Below, in pieces: positions 1-11,716 of a DNA stretch of 64,000 nt (the stretch's first letter is position 1; every line of letters starts with the position of its first letter). Position numbers and translations under genes: made by a program. The notes below the pieces were generated by a model that did no database searches, was not told the DNA's origin, and saw only the letters and a list, made by a program, of their open reading frames with translations. This stretch comes from Octopus bimaculoides. Its lineage: Eukaryota. The stretch is taken from the NCBI RefSeq assembly GCF_001194135.2, contig NC_068989.1:60795878-60859877 (forward strand). The letters run 5' to 3'.

Positions 1-20
1 ACGATACAGACTCACCTACT

Positions 21-24
<4 letters not shown>

Positions 25-70
<46 letters not shown>

Positions 71-105
71 CATACATACATACATACATACATATNNNNN
101 NNNNN

Positions 106-140
<35 letters not shown>

Positions 141-147
141 CATACAT
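25..147. repeat. Compound microsatellite (CA)n/(TA)n/(TACA)n around a small N gap
   Basis: Directly visible; representative of dozens of similar tracts in the window. Confidence 0.95.
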
Positions 148-791
148 ACAATCACTTTAACTGAAATGGACTCTGAATCGTCGTTTGATTTATCATCTTT
201 ACTTAGAAGCCAATAAGTTAAGTTGACCATATAACGTTAGTCGTATTTATCCAATTATTCTAATAAGGGATTTATTATATTGCTAATAAGCGTAGGCGCT
301 ATGGCAACTCTTAATGTGTTAAGTGAAGTGATGTTCATCAGGCACAAATAAATTCATGCTGGAGTGCGAATGCGTTCGTAGTCAAATAGATTATGCATGC
401 TTGAGTCATTTTAATTTCTATAAAAGGTGCAGATGCTAGTGATAAATTTTAAACAAATATGACGTTCTTTGGATGTAGAATGGCAAAGTAAATCTTTTGA
501 AATGTGTGTTAACTGATAAAATCATTTCGGAAATATACTCTACATAGGCAAAATCGATCCCACTAGCTCATCGCATTGATTTCCTTTCACCTGGCACCAG
601 CAAAATATTTATAGCAAAGAAATAAGTAAATCGATCCAATTTATTCCCGCTATTTATTTCATCGACCAGGAAGTATTAAAGAAAGAGTCGATTCTAGAGA
701 GATTTGTACTTAGAATATTGCTGTAATGGATTAAATCAAATATTCTGGAGACTCCAATATCTTCTATATCTAAAATCATCATTTACTTTAA

Positions 792-1170
792 ATAGACACT
801 AGGAAAATATTGGACTGTAAATATGTGCTAGAGTGGGTTTTTACTGCATTGTATTTACATATTTATTCGAGAACAGAAACTACGTTTCATTATGGATGGC
901 CGCTTCACACATGTTCTATAGCATATGTATTAAAAACGATGGTTTGTTTAGCTATACTGCTTATTTTTAGTATTAAGAGAACACGGAGAGTATGTTTGTG
1001 TCGTTGTTCTAAGAAAAAATCACTAGCATTACACATGAATCGGGCATATTTTCTCCAAACACCTATGCCATATCTCGGTGGCAACCGACAAGAGGCTTCT
1101 TTAAACCTTTATAGTGCTTACAGTTCTATATTTAAGAGATGCGGAATTATGAACATTATTTACATAATTT
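792..1170 (+). pseudogene. Possible class A GPCR remnant (TM2-TM4-like)
   Basis: Open ~125 codons; GWPLHTCSIAYVLKTMVCLAILLIFSIKRTRRVC resembles ECL1-TM3 with a degenerate SIERxxAVC motif. Manual impression only. Confidence 0.2.
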
Positions 1171-1301
1171 ACACTGGACGGATATTTATCCTCATCCTGT
1201 TTTTTGTTAACTCAACGTTTCAGATGATATACCCTTCAGCCTTCATCATATGTCTCGGGGAAATTTCGAACCTCGGTTCTCATTCCTAAGGTATTTTTCG
1301 A

Positions 1302-1349
<48 letters not shown>

Positions 1350-1497
1350 CATTATTATTATTATTATTATTGTTACTACTACTACATATGCCCGTGGGCA
1401 TATAGCGTAGTGCTTTAGAGCTCGGTCTACAAACCTCAAGATACCGAGTTCGATTCCAGGGAGTGACCTGAATTATAATAACAATAATAATAATATT

Positions 1498-1548
<51 letters not shown>

Positions 1549-1688
1549 GTCGAAAAATACCTTAGGAATGAAAACCTAGGTTCGAAATTTCCCCCAAGAC
1601 ATCTAATAAAGGCTGGACGGTATATCAGGCGAAACGTTGTGTTAATAACAAACAAGATGAGGACAAATATCCGTCAAATGTAAATAAT
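1163..1688. mobile_element. Fold-back element: inverted PLE-like tails with (ATT)n/(AAT)n flanking a tRNA-derived head
   Basis: 1177-~1300 is the reverse complement of ~1548-1675; the central 1390-1470 has a B-box (GAGTTCGATTCC). Confidence 0.75.
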
Positions 1689-2070
1689 GTACTTTATAGT
1701 GTGTGTCTCTCAAATCTAGGATTAGAATTACATAAATCTGAATAAGAACTGATAATAACTCTATAGGTTAACATACAGAGTCGTTAAACTTTGTCGCATT
1801 GATACTTTATTTCCTACCACTTAGGTATTTAATATTTTGGAGTCCTTCAATGTTTCTGTTACCTTTAAGTTAAATATAAAATAGATCCAATAGCAATTAG
1901 CCGAAGTGTTTATTTCAATATCATAAGAAATGTGATTAAGGGTTTAACGAAACAATACACCAATGAAATCCATACTGTTGTAGTAGAATTTAGTAGATTG
2001 TCAGACACGTTATGAATACAAAAATGAAATATCAATTAGTTTCGGGAATATAAATTGATTTCATCAAAGA

Positions 2071-2221
2071 TAGACCAAGATAATGTATAATTAATTCTGT
2101 AATCCTAAGTCGTATATATATCTAGCTAGCGCCATTGAGTTTCTATATTTTAACTATGTGCTAGCTAGATATATACACGACTTAAAATTACAGAATATTA
2201 AATATACATTATCTTGGTCTA
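2071..2221. repeat. Hairpin or MITE-like inverted repeat, ~60 bp arms, ~29 nt spacer
   Basis: tagaccaagataatgtata...tctagctagc pairs with gctagctagat...tacattatcttggtcta. Confidence 0.8.
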
Positions 2222-3396
2222 TTATGGATGAGCTCCACCAGACAATACTATTAAGGGCAGATGTAGAATGTGCATAAAAGAATCAGACATTATCCTTCGC
2301 ATGTATAATTCCACTGTTTTAAATAGGTTTTCTGACGCTATTCATTCGTGCAACCATAGATACTACACAACTTTCATGAAACGATTTAAACCTGAATCCA
2401 TTTAGCAATAACCCTAGTAATTTCTGTTGCACAACTGAACATCATACTGCATATAACAATATATCGCCAATACAAACATAAATTAAAAAAAAAAGACAGT
2501 AAACAATCTAATTTTACTCCCATCAACCCTTATAAAGACTTCTATTATTTGCATATCCAATCTTCTATAAGACCATCTAATTATCTCATACCTTGGGAAA
2601 GAACTGAACGCATATCTAGCGTAAACATCATCTTCCCTGATGAAGGAGACATTCTCTGAAAAAGAATCTTAAGATTCATTTGTTATTTGGACGAATGAAC
2701 CCTAGAAACGATCGCTGAAATAATTTATTTTCTTCTAACATGTAACCCAAACTCTTTTTAATGACTTTTATTTTCTCTATACCATATTTTAATATAGAAA
2801 AAAAAGTTTTTATCTATATTCCATTATAATTATGTTTATATATCCATATGTCCATGTATATTTTTAGTATTCATACATTTTTATATTCTTATATTTTTAT
2901 ATCTCTAATATATCAATATATGTTTCAGCTTGGAAAATTCTTATTTTCAACTTAATTACACCCGTATATATATTTGTTAAGTGTAGTTTGCTTGATTTGA
3001 ACTTTTTCTATTCAATCTATTATTTATGTATCGTCGTTGCATGCTCTAATGAGGAGTAGATAGACAGCCGACAACTGATGAAGGGTCTTTTCTCTGTGTT
3101 TACTTGTCCTGTTTTCCATTTTTTTCTCATTGTTTACGTATTTAACTCGTTTGTTTATGTATTTCATGTTATTTGCACCGTTGAAGATGTCCTGCACCTA
3201 TATATGCACGTATATATATATATATATATATATNNNNNNNNNNNNNNNNNNNNNNNNNNNNNNNNNNNNNNNNNNNNNNNNNNNNNNNNNNNNNNNNNNN
3301 NNNNNNNNNNNNNNNNNNNNNNNNNNNNNNNNNNNNNNNNNNNNNNNNNNNNNNNNNNNNNNNATACATATATATACACATATATATGATATTATT

Positions 3397-3429
<33 letters not shown>

Positions 3430-3430
<1 letters not shown>

Positions 3431-4330
3431 TCTCTTCTTCGGCTGTTCGTCATAGGTCGACGTTGGCTTTTCTTGTTCCGTAATGATCTCTAGCAGATTC
3501 GCATTCGGTCTACAAGGCCTTCTCTTCATCTAAATCAGCGATAACATCTGTTGCAGGTGAATTTACTTGAGGCAATCGAGAAGTAGTGCCTCTCTGTACT
3601 CTCTCTGTTGTTTCTCTTCAATGGCTGAAATGAGCCTTCGGTGCCATTCATTGCGCTGCAGTGCCTTCTCCTCACAAAGTTGGACTCGCACCAGGTTCTT
3701 AGTATCCCTGCGGTAGAGGGCCATGCATTCCGTAGCATAGAAGAGGCAAGGAAGCACTGTGGAACTCTACACCATTAACCTCGATTTTCAGGCATCACAA
3801 TGCCATAGACGCTTCTTCGGAAATCTAAAAGCCTTTGTGACAGATTCTATGCGCCTCTTAATATCGAGGTCAGAAAAGTTCGTAGAAGACCCTGCGCTGT
3901 AGAGAGAGGTAAATGCCTCGGTGGACCTAACGGTATCTCCATATACTGCCACTGGCTTTGGCTCTCTGTGTACAGTTTCTGGCTCGGGCTCTTTTGATCT
4001 ATTAGAAGATCTTGGTGGGATTGGTAGGGCAACCCAGATATTGAGGTGTTGATCTTGGGACCAAACATATCTGCTGTGCAAGAAAACCGGTCCACAAGTG
4101 TTGCGCGTGCTCAATGTTGCTGGTGACGAGCGCTGAATCGTCTTCATAGAGCAGCTTCCTGATACATATTTCGTTGATTTAGTTGGATGCAGGAAAACGG
4201 ACCAAGCTGGAGAGCTTCCCATCTATTCTAGAGTTTATGAACGCCTCTTTGTGCAGACTGGCCCCAAGGGATCAATACATCTGCGAGGTAATGAGAGATG
4301 AGTGCACATCCCTGCTTCTAACCATGGTTC
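3430..4330 (-). mobile_element. Decayed RTE-like LINE, RT C-terminal region
   Basis: Frameshifted KINTS, VRSTEAFTSL, DLDIKRRIESVTKAF..KRLWHC and LPCLFYATECMALYRR segments, typical of RTE-clade ORF2. Confidence 0.8.
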
Positions 4331-4691
4331 ATTGCTAGTACTTCACTAAATTATCTGTAATTTTCGTCAATGAGGGCGTGCCTTTTTGTAATACAAATAT
4401 CTTGAAATTACCGTCTTCTACGATGCTATTTTAGAATGGCAGATCAGTTAAAGTGAAGAGCAGAAAACCACCAGCAGGTAAATATTAAATGTCTCTTTAT
4501 TATGCTCAACGGCGGGCATGAGTAAGTTTATCTGACAAACGGCTTTCAATGTGCATTTTCCTACTCTGCTCAATCGTATGGCCAAATCTTTAGTGACTAT
4601 CACTTGTTTCCTAGAATTACATTTTAAAAATCAGGATGCGTTATCAACGATGCATCGTCTACCAAGCTTCAGAATGCGGCATTTTCCTTCA

Positions 4692-4745
<54 letters not shown>

Positions 4746-5489
4746 ACTATGTAAACGTAGCCTTGCAAATTAATCTCATCAAGAATCAACACATCACTAC
4801 CTGCAGTAAATAATCTCTAACTTTTTGTGACAATCGATTATAATCATTCTCAAGAGTTGTGACCTCCGGGTTAAGAAATTTATATCTACTCTTTTGCCAC
4901 ACATTCCTTGGTTGTAAACATTGACAACAGACATGCTGGCACTTCAACATATACTTTATAAAAGTTCAGCTAAAAAACTATAATATGTATGAAGTAAGGT
5001 AGTAGCTACAAAACTGAATTAAAAGTGGACACATGATTTTAGAACAAAATAATATCATAAGACTGATTTGAGAGAGAAAGAGAAAAATCCTTGTTAAAAA
5101 CTTCATCAATTATTTCACACTGATGGAGATAAAATATGTAGGCAAACATTAGAAAAGTTTGAAATGAGCTTCGACGAAGAAAATGAAATGAGATAAACAT
5201 GATTATACAGAGAAAAAAGAGAAAAACATTTAATAAATTTTCACAGTTAAAAGTACATAGATTTAATGTACTTCTAAACAGAAATAGTATTTATAGTATT
5301 AGCAATCCTGTATGAATGTCTGAATCGAAAATAAACTTCGTTATTTATAATTAATGAATTAAATTGATAATTTAGAATTTTTGGTGGACGCATGGTTGGT
5401 ATATGCAATTAGATTTATAGTAGCTACGGGTGGAGGAAGAACATTTTAGATGCAATATTTGATCAAATATTATTACATCTTCCAATAAT

Positions 5490-5680
5490 TTCTCCGTCAT
5501 AACATGGCTGACATCTCTAACAAGTTGACCAGAATTCTAGAGTCTTTCTTTGACACAGATTCATGAATTTTAGGACAATTTTGTACATTAAAAAAATGAG
5601 CTACGATATTCCAACTCAAGTCACCCAATCTTTCTTTTGTGCATAACATTATACAATTGGTTTTATCAATTTATTTCTTT
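5490..5680 (-). pseudogene. Decayed paralogue of the 11.1-11.7 kb open frame
   Basis: IDKTNCIMLCTKERLGDLSWNIVAHFFNVQNCPKIHESV shares NxIxLC, H..[DN]V and NCxKIH in order with the 11.7 kb frame. Confidence 0.4.
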
Positions 5681-5882
5681 ATTCTTAAGAGTATGGTTTG
5701 ATGTAATAGAGATCTGGCTTTTAACTCTTAATAATAGCAGGTAAGTTGCGTAGATAGAAGTTTGGCTGTTTAATATTTCTGACAGTTTAATATGTGGATG
5801 TTTATTCAAGTGGAAGTACATAGCCCACCCAAATATTTTCTCCCAATAAAACTTTCTTGAAAGGCGAAAGCAAAATATGTAC

Positions 5883-5966
5883 CTTAACTGAATAGCATCA
5901 ATCGAAACGTAGGATCCATCAAAATATGAAGCAGCCACAGAAAGATGCAGTAAAAATATATCAGTA
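5883..5966 (-). CDS. Candidate 84-nt internal exon, unknown product
   Basis: Strong acceptor tttatttactttcttaacttttag and donor ag/gtacat; symmetric phase; reads TDIFLLHLSVAASYFDGSYVSIDAIQLR. Confidence 0.35.
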
Positions 5967-6342
5967 CTAAAAGTTAAGAAAGTAAATAAAATAAGACATT
6001 GATGAATAAAATATTAAGACTAGATGGCATCCGATACATATATACATACATACATATATGCATACATACATATGTACATATATATATGTATGTGAATGTG
6101 TGTGTATGTGTGTGTGTGTGTGTGGCTCTTGTAGTTTTATATATCAATATTTTGGATGAATGAAGAGCGGATTACCCAGTGACAACGCGTAAAAGGAAAA
6201 AGACAAAAAGGTTATTTTTTAGAATTTTCTGAGGATGCATTCCACTGAATGGAATAGGTTGAGTATTATCTACCGATAATTGTATGAATGCATACGCATA
6301 CATACATACATACATACCTACATACATGCATGCATACATACA

Positions 6343-6414
<72 letters not shown>

Positions 6415-7066
6415 TATGTGTGTGTGTGTATCTAAATCTGTGTACATACACATATACATATGTGAATGCATCTCTGTGTGTGTGTGTGCGTGTGTGCGTG
6501 CCTGCTCGTGAATGAGTAAATGTGTGTTTATACTCATAAGTGCATGGGAGAGATATACTATAAAATAATGCAGTGAGTGACTGAGAGCTTTGTTAATTTG
6601 AGATATATATTCACGTTTTTTACTAATGCTTTCTAAATCAGCATTGTCACTCTCTTACTGTGCATCCAGTCTGAGGTCTTTTCTTTAATGAATGAACATT
6701 CCTGGATTGTATTATTACGAGTGAATATACCTACTGGGTATGCAATTTACATAGATAATGACAGGCTTAATTGTCAAGCGATATGAATAGTAAATTCATC
6801 TCTATATTCGAAAATTCATATACATTCTTGTATACAACAGTACAACTTCCATACCTCAAATTGTTTCACGCTCGTAACTATAGTCAACAGAATATGATAA
6901 CCCCGGATAAATAGTGCATACTTTACTAACTTTATTAATTAGTAACAAAACATAAGACGTTCCAGGAAATACGTAATTATTTAATAGTTTGCATATCATT
7001 AAACGAGTCTAAATTATAGCGTTAACATGTAACACGATACAGCAGTAACTTTAAACATCGTATCCT

Positions 7067-7294
7067 TTAAATCACTTCCGCATAATGAATCTCTCCAAGA
7101 ATGCAAATGTATCTCTTACTCATACGTGATATTTGATGCATATATTCTGCATACAAAATTTTATAGGCTATACGGAACCATGTGCAAATGCGGATGCAGG
7201 CTTTCAGCATAAACATCAAAGAGTTATATGAGTAGAATAAGTTCTTCAAACAAATTATTATTAGAAGGTAGGCTTTCAATATATCACTTTGCAT
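7067..7294 (-). pseudogene. Possible GPCR TM3/ICL2 remnant
   Basis: MSKRYICILGEIHYAEVI resembles xxDRYxAIxxPLxY. Weak. Confidence 0.15.
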
Positions 7295-7555
7295 AGAAAA
7301 GCATATGTACTATCTCTTTCTCGCTCAATGGACTGACGCATTGCTTTCAGAAGATTTAATGTATATTCATATATCACAGTATCACACTACAGACCAGAGT
7401 TTCAGAGGCTGTTATACACAACTAATTGCAATGCACCTTCAATTCTGTCCTGATTGCACCATTAATTACCCAAATTGTTTAACAAAGTCGTCTTCTCATC
7501 ATTGAGCAGCATTTTCCGATCTTTCGGATACCACTCGTCAGATGCTCTGGTCTAC

Positions 7556-7686
7556 CTGTCGTCTGTGAACCTTGCGACATGTTCGGTTCAGGAGAATTTG
7601 TGATTTTTGATATTCTGTGATTACGTCATACATTTCGCTCCCTTCTCGAATGATCACATTTGGAATATGCTCTCGAAATGATGTAC
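7556..7686 (-). CDS. Candidate exon or remnant related to the 11.7 kb frame
   Basis: ttag/GT...CAG/gtagac boundaries; GTSFREHIPNVIIREGSEMYDVITEYQKSQILLNRTCRKVHRRQ; shares SFR, S..[WY]DV and CxK[IV]H. Confidence 0.4.
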
Positions 7687-7786
7687 CTAACATGGATATT
7701 TCCACACACAGACTCACATACACACATATGTATGTGTGTGAGTGTGTGTGTGTGATTGAGCATGCGTGTAGCTGTATGGGTGTACA

Positions 7787-7855
<69 letters not shown>

Positions 7856-7876
7856 NNNNNNNNNNAACACACACGC

Positions 7877-7925
<49 letters not shown>

Positions 7926-7983
7926 TGTATGCATGTATGGGTAACTAAATCGGAATTTTACAACCTAAAGGCAGAAATACATG

Positions 7984-8411
7984 CGTCACTAAAGTGAACA
8001 AGGGCACTAATGAGCACCAGTATTGCTAGAAATAAGAGTCAAAATAACTCAGTACTCACAAAGCACCATCCCAATGGGCTGACAAGGTACATTGCGAATT
8101 AGCCACCCATATTATTTATAATTCTCCCATTTATCGTTCATGAAATCGGCGTATGATTTCACCGAAAAGCTTATAAGCTGACAAGGCGAGATGAGTTTAT
8201 CTCTCGGCGCAGTGAGAGCTAACACTGATCATTAAGCTGCGTTAACCATCAAAATGCAAAATCGTAGGTGATCTAGCTCTATCTACGTCTGTAAGGAGCT
8301 TGTCTCCCTTGTCTACTCATTAACATAGTACTTTGGCTGCTTTTGAATTGTTTTATCTCCTATTTCTAGCAGTTCTGGTGCTGATTAGTGCCCTTGTTCG
8401 CTTTAGTGACG
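7984..8411. mobile_element. MITE with ~55 bp terminal inverted repeats
   Basis: cgtcactaaagtgaacaagggcactaatgagcaccag... versus ...ctggtgctgattagtgcccttgttcgctttagtgacg. Confidence 0.8.
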
Positions 8412-9230
8412 TATATATATATATATATATATAAACAATATATGAGTATATGCATATATATGTACATGTATGTATATACGTTCATCTACATGTACATATA
8501 GATACATAACTGGGTACATGACGTGGCAAAAGAACAAGGACAAAATGGTAAACAAGGTGCAACAAACAAGCAGGCCATATAGAAACNNNNNNNNNNNNNN
8601 NNNNNNNNNNNNNNNNNNNNNNNNNNNNNNNNNNNNNNNNNNNNNNNNNNNNNNNNNNNNNNNNNNNNNNNNNNNNNNNNNNNNNNNNNNNNNNNNNNNN
8701 NNNNNNNNNNNNNNNNNNNNNNNNNNNNNNNNNNNNNNNNNNNNNNNNNNNNNNNNNNNNNNNNNNNNNNNNNNNNNNNNNNNNNNNNNNNNNNNNNNNN
8801 NNNNNNNNNNNNNNNNNNNNNNNNNNNNNNNNNNNNNNNNNNNNNNNNNNNNNNNNNNNNNNNNNNNNNNNNNNNNNNNNNNNNNNNNNNNNNNNNNNNN
8901 NNNNNNNNNNNNNNNNNNNNNNNNNNNNNNNNNNNNNNNNNNNNNNNNNNNNNNNNNNNNNNNNNNNNNNNNNNNNNNNNNNNNNNNNNNNNNNNNNNNN
9001 NNNNNNNNNNNNNNNNNNNNNNNNNNNNNNNNNNNNNNNNNNNNNNNNNNNNNNNNNNNNNNNNNNNNNNNNNNNNNNNNNNNNNNNNNNNNNNNNNNNN
9101 NNNNNNNNNNNNNNNNNNNNNNNNNNNNNNNNNGTATGTAATAAAGTATTAATTTGAAAGAGACAAGTTACAATTCCTACGCTGTTATTTCTTAAAAAGA
9201 GTTCACCTTTATAATTTTTCATTACATATA

Positions 9231-10125
9231 TTAGGCCATCAAGTATAAAATTTGTAGAAAAGAAAAAAAAAAAAAGTTTGCTAATGTTTTATAAATACAA
9301 GGAGTAGTTTTATTCATCAAATGTGCACCTATATTGTCAATACACTTTTGCCATTTCAGCGATATCTTGTCCAACCCGGAACTGTAGAAGCCTGGCAATT
9401 TAGAGGCAATAAAATCATGGAAGGCCCGTTTTGCAACATCGTCGGAATAAAATTTTTTTCCTGTCAAAAAATTATCCAAATTCTGGAAGAAGTGGTGATC
9501 AGTGGGGACAATATCAGGTGAGTATGGTGGATGACGGAGAACTTACAACTCCTCCTCCTGTAGTTTCGCAATGTAATTTTTGCGATGTGTGGTCTGAGGT
9601 TGTCTTGCAATAAAATAGGAGTGGATCTGTTGTCTAATCTAGGCTGGTTTTTGTAAGATTCTGCATTATTTGGTCCAGTTAGCTGCAGTATGCTTCAGCC
9701 GTGATCGTTGATCCAGCTTTAATGAAATCATAATGGATCACGCCTGCACCAGACCACCAAGCACACACCATCATCTTCTTTTAATGAATTTTGCTTTTTG
9801 GCCTAACTTTTGTTGGCTCGTCTTTATCCAAACGTTGTGCTGAACGTTTCCAGTTGTTGTATTGGATCCATTTCTCATCACATGTTCCAAGTGGATACAA
9901 GACGATTCATTTTTGTGACGAGAAAGTAGCGTGATATAGGCTTCCAAACGATGCTGTTTCTGATTTACATTAGCAAAAAACGATTTATAAGTACATTATA
10001 AAGCGCAAAATGAGTTAGAATGAAGAAATAGATGTGTCAACTTTCTAACAAAATGATGGCGCAAAATGAGCAGCTGTAAACGTTTACCATATACGTTACT
10101 ACAAATTTCATATTTGACGACCTTA
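9231..10125 (-). mobile_element. Internally deleted mariner (Hsmar1/cecropia-like)
   Basis: ~27 bp imperfect TIRs (ttaggccatcaagtataaaatttgtag / taaggtcgtcaaatatgaaatttgtag); transposase C-terminus DNFLTGKKFYSDDVAKRAFHDFIASK..KWQKCID. Confidence 0.9.
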
Positions 10126-10136
10126 GATCGCTAACC

Positions 10137-10300
10137 ACTACACACATTTTTTCTCTCTCCTTGTTTCTTTCCATATTCCTTTCTGTGGAAGAGCGTCGGC
10201 TCGAAACGTTAAAGATTTTTCAATTCCCGAGCGTTATACTTATACCTCTATTTGTTTTCTACACCACCTGTCTTCGTCTGGTGTTTCTTTGCGAATTCTC
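10137..10300 (+). mobile_element. Short PLE-tail-like repeat with hammerhead-like core (second copy at 27210-27365)
   Basis: Clearly similar to 27210-27365; core ctgtgga-a-gagc-gtcg-gctc-gaaac-gtt. Confidence 0.65.
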
Positions 10301-10633
10301 CATGTATACACACACACATATATATATATATATATAATATAATATAATATAATATAAATAATATATCAATGTATGCATATATACATACATATATGTACAT
10401 ACCTACATATATATGTATATATGCATGCATATATGGGTACAGAACATAAACATAAAAAAACGTACACAAAATGAGAAACGAAAACAAAAGCAACATAGAA
10501 AACGAAAAAACCCCAGAGAAACGAGATATGGAACATAAAGAACATTTCCTCTTTCTCTCAAAATATATATAGTGTATACATCCCATTACATATTCTTTAT
10601 ATATATTCACACGATCATACACATTCACACACA

Positions 10634-10677
<44 letters not shown>

Positions 10678-10714
10678 TAAACACATTTACAAAAGAGCTA
10701 CTAATTGTTGTAGA

Positions 10715-11090
10715 TACGTGGTTCGGCTGAAAAGTTCATAGGCTTACCAAGATATTCTCATGGAATGTGACCAGATAAGGTTTATTTTTCAACATAATTC
10801 CCTATCCGCTCCGTACATTTCTCCCATGGGTGTTGCAAGGATAGAATCCCACTGGAGAAGAAGCTTTCATTTGTTTGGTAAAAATAATCATAAACAATAG
10901 ATATGGCTTCATCATCACTGCGCTACTTGTTCTCAACCAAGTTTTTTTTGTTATGTTGGGGAACGGATGATAGTCCGATGGGGCCAAATCAGGAGAAAAG
11001 GGAGGGTGATCAACCAGTTCAAAACCACAGTCACGCACAACAGATATTGAAATCAAGGACTCGTGTGCTAACATGCTATGTGTCTCCAAG
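10715..11090 (-). mobile_element. Mariner 3' fragment with one TIR
   Basis: TIR tacgtggttcggctgaaaagttcatagg; FELVDHPPFSPDLAPSDYHPFPN (YSPDLAPSD motif). Confidence 0.9.
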
Positions 11091-11116
11091 CAGTGTTTCA
11101 GGCTTAGTTCATAACG

Positions 11117-11716
11117 TTAAATGTATTTAAATATCATGACGCTGGAGAACGTGAGAGACATGAGAAAACTAATAGTAAAAAACCGCCCGGAAGGTTGATG
11201 CGAAAATTGGAACGAGAGGAAAGAAAGATAAGCAAACCAATATCTTCGTCCTCTTTGACTGCAGAAACAATCATTGATGTTGATACAGCAGAATATATAA
11301 CAAAAAAGGAGGCGAACGTCTCCTTTTTTGTCAATCAGGAGCGGGTGGTCTTCCTCACTTTGACAAAACAAATCTGTCCATGTGCTTGTATTTGCTAAAA
11401 TTTCAGATATGGACTTAGGTAGTATGGCGGAATTCTTGGACCTAAAAAGGATGTGCGATGTCTCAGCTACGCACAACTTGCATTTCTTTACCCATTTGTA
11501 CATATCATGAATTTTTCCACAATTCTTGATTGTATGTGATGCGCAATTCGCGTTTACATCCCATACATGACTAATCAACTTATTTTTATCAACGGGTCGG
11601 AAAGAAGATTGTTGGTTTGCATAACGGCTTTTAAATTTTCCCTCGCATAAATAGATATAATTTTTCTTCTCGGTTATGTTGCCTTGGAGCATTGCTGTAA
11701 CTTCGACATCATAAAT
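11117..11716 (-). CDS. 200-codon open frame, Cys-rich N-half and hydrophobic C-half, product unknown
   Basis: Stop-free over 600 nt in AT-rich DNA; starts just after gatcccatag (possible acceptor); motifs recur at 5.6 and 7.6 kb. Confidence 0.5.
   Translation of the reverse strand: MYDVEVTAMLQGNITEKKNYIYLCEGKFKSRYANQQSSFRPVDKNKLISHVWDVNANCASHTIKNCGKIHDMYKWVKKCKLCVAETSHILFRSKNSAILPKSISEILANTSTWTDLFCQSEEDHPLLIDKKGDVRLLFCYIFCCININDCFCSQRGRRYWFAYLSFLSFQFSHQPSGRFFTISFLMSLTFSSVMIFKYI

Noticed and set aside
8470-9222. Long ORFs spanning N runs (also near 3.2, 19.9, 29.6, 30.8, 37.5, 39.4, 42.1, 48.8, 49.5 and 55.3 kb)
   Set aside because: Their length comes from unsequenced gaps, not coding sequence.
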